DNA of 63,764 nucleotides, filler included, from Olpidium bornovanus S191 (Eukaryota; Fungi; Olpidiomycota): NCBI GenBank assembly GCA_017911155.1. It is 30 parts of 30 records of this genome, joined end to end, with 100 filler letters (N's around TTAATTAATTAA, not from the genome) between each part and the next. Parts side by side here need not be neighbours in the genome. Positions count along the whole stretch, not along the records: positions 57,360 to 59,837 come from JAEFCI010007644.1; positions 59,938 to 61,299 come from JAEFCI010011517.1; positions 61,400 to 62,567 come from JAEFCI010006888.1; positions 62,668 to 63,764 come from JAEFCI010008889.1; 26 more parts are not named here. One strand, 5' to 3'. Shown piece by piece: positions 59,466 to 63,764 of this stretch (position 1 is its first letter; each line of letters starts with the position of its first letter). The notes under the pieces were generated by a model. It saw only the letters and a program-made list of their open reading frames with translations, ran no database searches and was not told where the DNA came from. The position numbers and the translations under genes were made by a program.

Positions 59466-59937
59466 ATGTTGTTCGGGCGGCAGGGCCGTGCGGGCGCGGG
59501 GTGGGGCGCGGGGTGGGGCGCGGGGTGGGGCCCGGTGCCGTGGTGGTGCCTATGCGAGGCGAGGTCGTCGGCCGCCCAAACAGGAAGCGGGGATGCGGCC
59601 ACGGCGGCGCTCATGCGGGGGGGCCACGCGGCGGGAGGCGGCGGCGGGGGGCGGGGAGGAGGGGGGCAAGCGGCGGAGGCGGCGTCGAGAGTGCGGACAG
59701 GGGCCGGAGAAGCGAGCGGTCGTTGGGGACACCCCGCGCGCGCTCGAGCAGAGATGGGCAAGCGGACGGGCGGGCGGGGGAAACGGGAGCGCGCGGGCGG
59801 GGCGAGGGGGGGGGGGCGGCGGGGGAGGGGGGGGGGGNNNNNNNNNNNNNNNNNNNNNNNNNNNNNNNNNNNNNNNNNNNNTTAATTAATTAANNNNNNN
59901 NNNNNNNNNNNNNNNNNNNNNNNNNNNNNNNNNNNNN

Positions 59938-60654
59938 CATGCACTGGCGGAAGCCCTCCCTGCAGATGGCGTCGCAGAAAGTCGTCCCGTGCCAGAGCAG
60001 GGCCAGCTGGTTGCCCGAGCGGACCTGCCTCGGCGACAGGTTTCCGATGTCGTACGGGCCGGCGTCCAGGCCGGCGGCGTACACCTCGAAGCGGCCCTGG
60101 ATTTCGCTGTTGCCGAAGGCGATCCTGGTGACCTTCGTTACCGAGACCCGGCAATGCGCGGCCGTCGACGGGCGCCAGGTGTGTTCGAAGTGCGCGCGGA
60201 CCCACGCCTCCTCGCTGCCGCCGCCCGCCGCGCGGATTATGGCGGCCACCTTCTCCAGGACCGACGACGGTACGCCGCCGCCGCCGGCGTCAACAGCCGG
60301 CGAAACCGGCGGCTCGCCGGGGAGGTCCGCCTTCGCCGGCCGCGCCGGCCCGCGCCCCGCCGCCCGCGCGCGCCGCACCGCGACGCAGGGCGCCGGCTCG
60401 GGCACAACCGGCGGCGCGGCCGCTTCCGCCGGCGGCGTCTTGCAGTCGCACGGGTCCGTCGTCGTTGTTGCTTTCATGATCTGGCGGCCGGTCCTCTTGC
60501 GGGCAGCAACGGGAGGACCGGCGGCGGCGGCGGCGGGCTCGGCGGAGGCGGAGGAGGCGGCGGCAGGCTTCTTTTTGCGCGAATCAGGGGAAGACCGGGC
60601 GGGAGCACGCTGTCGCTTGCGGCCGGCAATCCTCCGCGACGGCGCTGTAGCCAT
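59938..60654 (-). CDS. PARP-like ADP-ribosyltransferase-fold protein, 3' truncated
   Basis: Disordered N-terminus, then FEHTWR...VSVTKVTRI...NSEIQGRFEVY...LLWHGTTFCDAICREGF, the approach to the HG(T/S)...IxxxGF first motif of PARP-type catalytic domains. The later Y and E motifs are not visible. Confidence 0.6.
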
Positions 60655-61459
60655 CGAACAATCCCGAAAATAACGCTCTTTTTTTCCTTTCTTTCTTCCC
60701 CCCCCGCCGCCACTCTTTCACTTCCTCCACCCCCCACCCTCCTCCCCTGCGAGAATTTATTTTTCCGCTTAATTTTTTCTGTCTCCCTGCGTCGCCGGCG
60801 CGCGGAGGGGCTGGCCGAAATTTTTCTCCCCTTTTCCTTCCGGAAGGGACTGCGCAGAGGAGGACGAGGAGGAGGAAGAAGAGGACGGAGGGGCGGGTTC
60901 TGGACCGCGGCGCGTTGCGTCACCTCTTTTTTTTTGCGAGGTGTGCGCGCGCACAGAACGCGGGGGGTGTGCGCAGGCGGGCGGGGAGAAGGGGCGGGCG
61001 GGGTGGGGTGGTCGTGGCAAAATTTTGCGCGCGCCACGCGAGGAAGAGGGGGGGTGGGGCGGGCGAGCCGCTTAGCTTTTTTTCACCTTTTTTTCTTTTT
61101 TTTTCGCTGTGTCGGGCGAAAAAAAAAGGAGGGGGAGTAGGGGGGGACAGGCGACAGACAGGGCGCGTTTTTCCTGTCCGCATGGCCCTCCCGCCTCTCT
61201 TTCCGGGGGCTCTTCTTCCGGCGGCCGCAGAGGCTCTCTTCCCCCGCCTCGGCGGGAGTGGCGCAGATAGGAAAAAAGGCCCTGACGATTTGCACAACCN
61301 NNNNNNNNNNNNNNNNNNNNNNNNNNNNNNNNNNNNNNNNNNNTTAATTAATTAANNNNNNNNNNNNNNNNNNNNNNNNNNNNNNNNNNNNNNNNNNNNC
61401 ATGAAGATAAAGCGCTAGAAAACGGAATTGGGAGTGCAGCGTAAAAGATATCGCACGTT

Positions 61460-62567
61460 CTACTCGGCGGCGGGCCCGGACTTGAGCGAACTCCTGCCCG
61501 CGCGCATCATCTCGTCGACGAGGAGGAGGTTGCTGGCGATGACCGAGCTACAGAGCGCCGGGGAAGAGGCAGGCGAGGGGTTACGAGTTCAGGAACAGCG
61601 GACGGCGCGGGACGCGCAGAAACAAAAGAAGGCAGGCGGGGGATCGGGTGGGTGGACGCACCAAGAATGTAGCAGGTGCCTGTGCACGCGGTAATTGTCG
61701 TAGATGCCATCCGCGGCCGGGTCGAGCACGTCGCCTGTCCGGAGGTCTACGCCGGCGATGTGGCCGCGGCTTAACTCCTGCTGGAGTGCGACGATGACGT
61801 CCTGCGCGTCGAAGCCGCCGTTCTGCGCCAGCACCTTGGGCACCACCAGTAGCGCATCTGCGAAGGCCTGCACACCCATCCGTGCCTTGCCCCGCACGGA
61901 GTCCTTGTACCGGTTCAGGTGAGCCGAGCAGGCCACGTTAAACGCGCCGGCCCCGGGGACGAGGCTCCGATCCTCAACGCAGTTCTTCACCGCCCTCAAA
62001 CCGTCGCGGACCGCGTCGTTAATCTGCTGGATCGTGTGCGCATTCGGACCTGAGGCGACAGAACATCAGGCTGATAAGTTGGCAATCCACGCCGTCACTA
62101 CTGTCCTTTCTTAGATTTTGCCTTTCGTTAAACCGGCCGTACCTTTTATGAGGATAGTAACAGACTTGGGGTCCTTAACGTCTTCAAGGAAAGTGTACTT
62201 CTCCTCACCCAAGACATGCTCGTAGACAAGGCCTGCATACCCAAGAACGCCAGGAGTGAGGTCGTCAACCGAGTTTTGAGCAGTGCCGCCGCAAATCAAC
62301 TGCAGGCTACGCTCAATAGGAGACGACGAAAGAAAGCATGAGACCAGACAACACGTAAGAACCCCTGAATAGTTTGAACTGCCCCGGAAAGCGCTTCTCC
62401 CGTTCCCAAGCCAGTGCCGAACGTAGACAAAACCGATATGAAACATACCGTTCCATGTTACGCCGCTTAGCCCGCCGGAGAGCCAGGATGTCATGTTTGG
62501 CCAGGATGTCCAAGCTCATCGGGTCGATGCCCTTCTGGTTAATGATCACAAAATTCTTTCTCTTGCC
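61460..62567 (-). CDS. CCT6: Chaperonin CCT/TRiC subunit zeta, 3' half, multi-exon
   Basis: [16 protein letters not shown]...[12 protein letters not shown]|LQLICGG...GEEKYTF...SVTILIK|[23 protein letters not shown]...[24 protein letters not shown] at 61462-61460. Confidence 0.97.
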
Positions 62568-62993
62568 NNNNNNNNNNNNNNNNNNNNNNNNNNNNNNNNN
62601 NNNNNNNNNNNTTAATTAATTAANNNNNNNNNNNNNNNNNNNNNNNNNNNNNNNNNNNNNNNNNNNNCCACGAGAACTGCGGTACTGCTCAGAAACCTCT
62701 CCCAGGCCACTGTGTGGTTTCTGAGCCTTTGCGTGGATCGGCAAAAGGTGGGCAGGAAAGGGTGAATTCCGGATAACGGAACCTCATGTTTTTTCTCGGA
62801 GAAGCGGGGGAGGGTGCTAATGCCGGGGAAGGGGTGGGAATAAATACAGTTCCGGCGATGTCTGGAACGCTGCACGTGTTTTGCTCGGGGTAAGCAGCGT
62901 ATGCGTGGGAGGAAAGGAGCAACATAATGCGACTCGCGTGACTCTCGGAGTTATGGGAGTTTCCCCGGTTACTCGGGTCTGAATCTGACCCAA

Positions 62994-63645
62994 TTATATC
63001 CTCAACTTGCTCGCGCCCGCCAGGTTCTTCGCGTCGATCTTTTTGAACCTCTCTTCCTCTTGGCGGTACTGGGCCAGGATCGCGCAGCCCAGGAACGCGA
63101 AGACGTCGATGAAAATGGCGGCGAAGATGACGGTGTAGGAACTTTCCAGGACGAGCTGCGACGACGAGACCACCGGGTCCTTGCAGCCTTTTACCCTCGA
63201 GGTGGCCGCGCCGTCTGCCGGGCACTTGGGCGTGACGACGGCCCTGTCGGTGGCGTTTACGAACCCGCAGCAGGAAAGCTGGGAATCAAACGAGGAGGGC
63301 GTTAACGTCCGGGTTTGTCGCCCCGTTGACGGGCGTGGCCACCGTTCACGCCCTGGCCCCCAACCCCTCCTCCGGAAAGTAAGTCGTTTGCGACACGCCT
63401 CACCTTCTCTTGGAGATTGCCGACGTCCACCGGGGTGAGCGCCACCAGCCAGAACTTCTCAATAAACGCCCGCAGCGTAAGGGTCTCGAGCCACAGGACG
63501 CAAGCCACGATGAGCTGGAGGACAACGACAACGAGGATCGACAAACCGTACACCTGAAGCGTCCTGCGCCTCGCGATTGTGTTGGAAAGCGCGAACAGCC
63601 CGGCGGCAGCAGAGAATAGCGTCAAAACACCCGACGCCACCAGAA
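62994..63645 (-). CDS. Tetraspanin (fungal type), 3' exons
   Basis: TM segments, then LQEK|LSCCGF (CCG motif)...KCP...GCKDP, a last TM, and tail RQEEERFKKIDAK. TAA at 62996-62994, acceptor CAG at 63648-63646. Confidence 0.85.
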
Positions 63646-63719
63646 CTGTTATCGGGAGGTGGGGTGGGGGGGGGGGGGGGGGGGGGGGGAAAACCCGGGG
63701 GGGGGGGGGGGAAAAAAAG

Positions 63720-63760
<41 letters not shown>

Positions 63761-63764
63761 TCCC

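Noticed and set aside
34261-60654. Apparent clustering of PARG, PARP-like, SF3 helicase and RING genes as a defence or conflict island
   Set aside because: They lie on different contigs joined arbitrarily, so adjacency across linkers is meaningless.
59989-61355. 383-aa plus-strand ORF and neighbours
   Set aside because: Antisense to the PARP-like exon and running through its GC-rich upstream region, with no domain signal.

Overview
This window is not one locus. It is 30 short contigs (about 1.0-4.2 kb) joined by 29 identical 100-bp linkers (44 N + TTAATTAATTAA + 44 N), so neighbourhood across a linker carries no information. The DNA is from a GC-rich, intron-containing eukaryote with fungal-type genes plus a flagellum-associated gene (SPATA17-like). 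That points to a zoosporic early-diverging fungus; Olpidium-like is my guess, which is inference and not a database result. Most contigs carry fragments of housekeeping genes: RPS17, myosin II, B-type cyclin, ATPase inhibitor IF1, alkaline phosphatase, eIF4A, SDHB, PARG, NDC1, MED17, an ammonium transporter, MRD1, TCAIM-like, TMEM135-like, Doa4/USP8, CCT6 and a tetraspanin. Others carry decayed transposons (DIRS-like, copia, Ty3/gypsy, hAT, one MITE-like element). Four things stand out. (1) An intronless, doubly frameshifted D5-like superfamily-3 helicase followed by an orphan ORF at 36353-37626 is a candidate endogenous DNA-virus or virus-like element. (2) Three intronless signal-peptide genes look like effector candidates: a signal peptide + RING-H2 protein, a protein with a tandem 88-aa four-Cys domain, and a frameshifted ~300-aa orphan. 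(3) 19 of 60 contig ends fall exactly on CATG. (4) Long C/G homopolymers sit in introns and at contig ends. No rRNA, tRNA or CRISPR array could be supported. All family calls come from motif recognition by eye, with no searches run.
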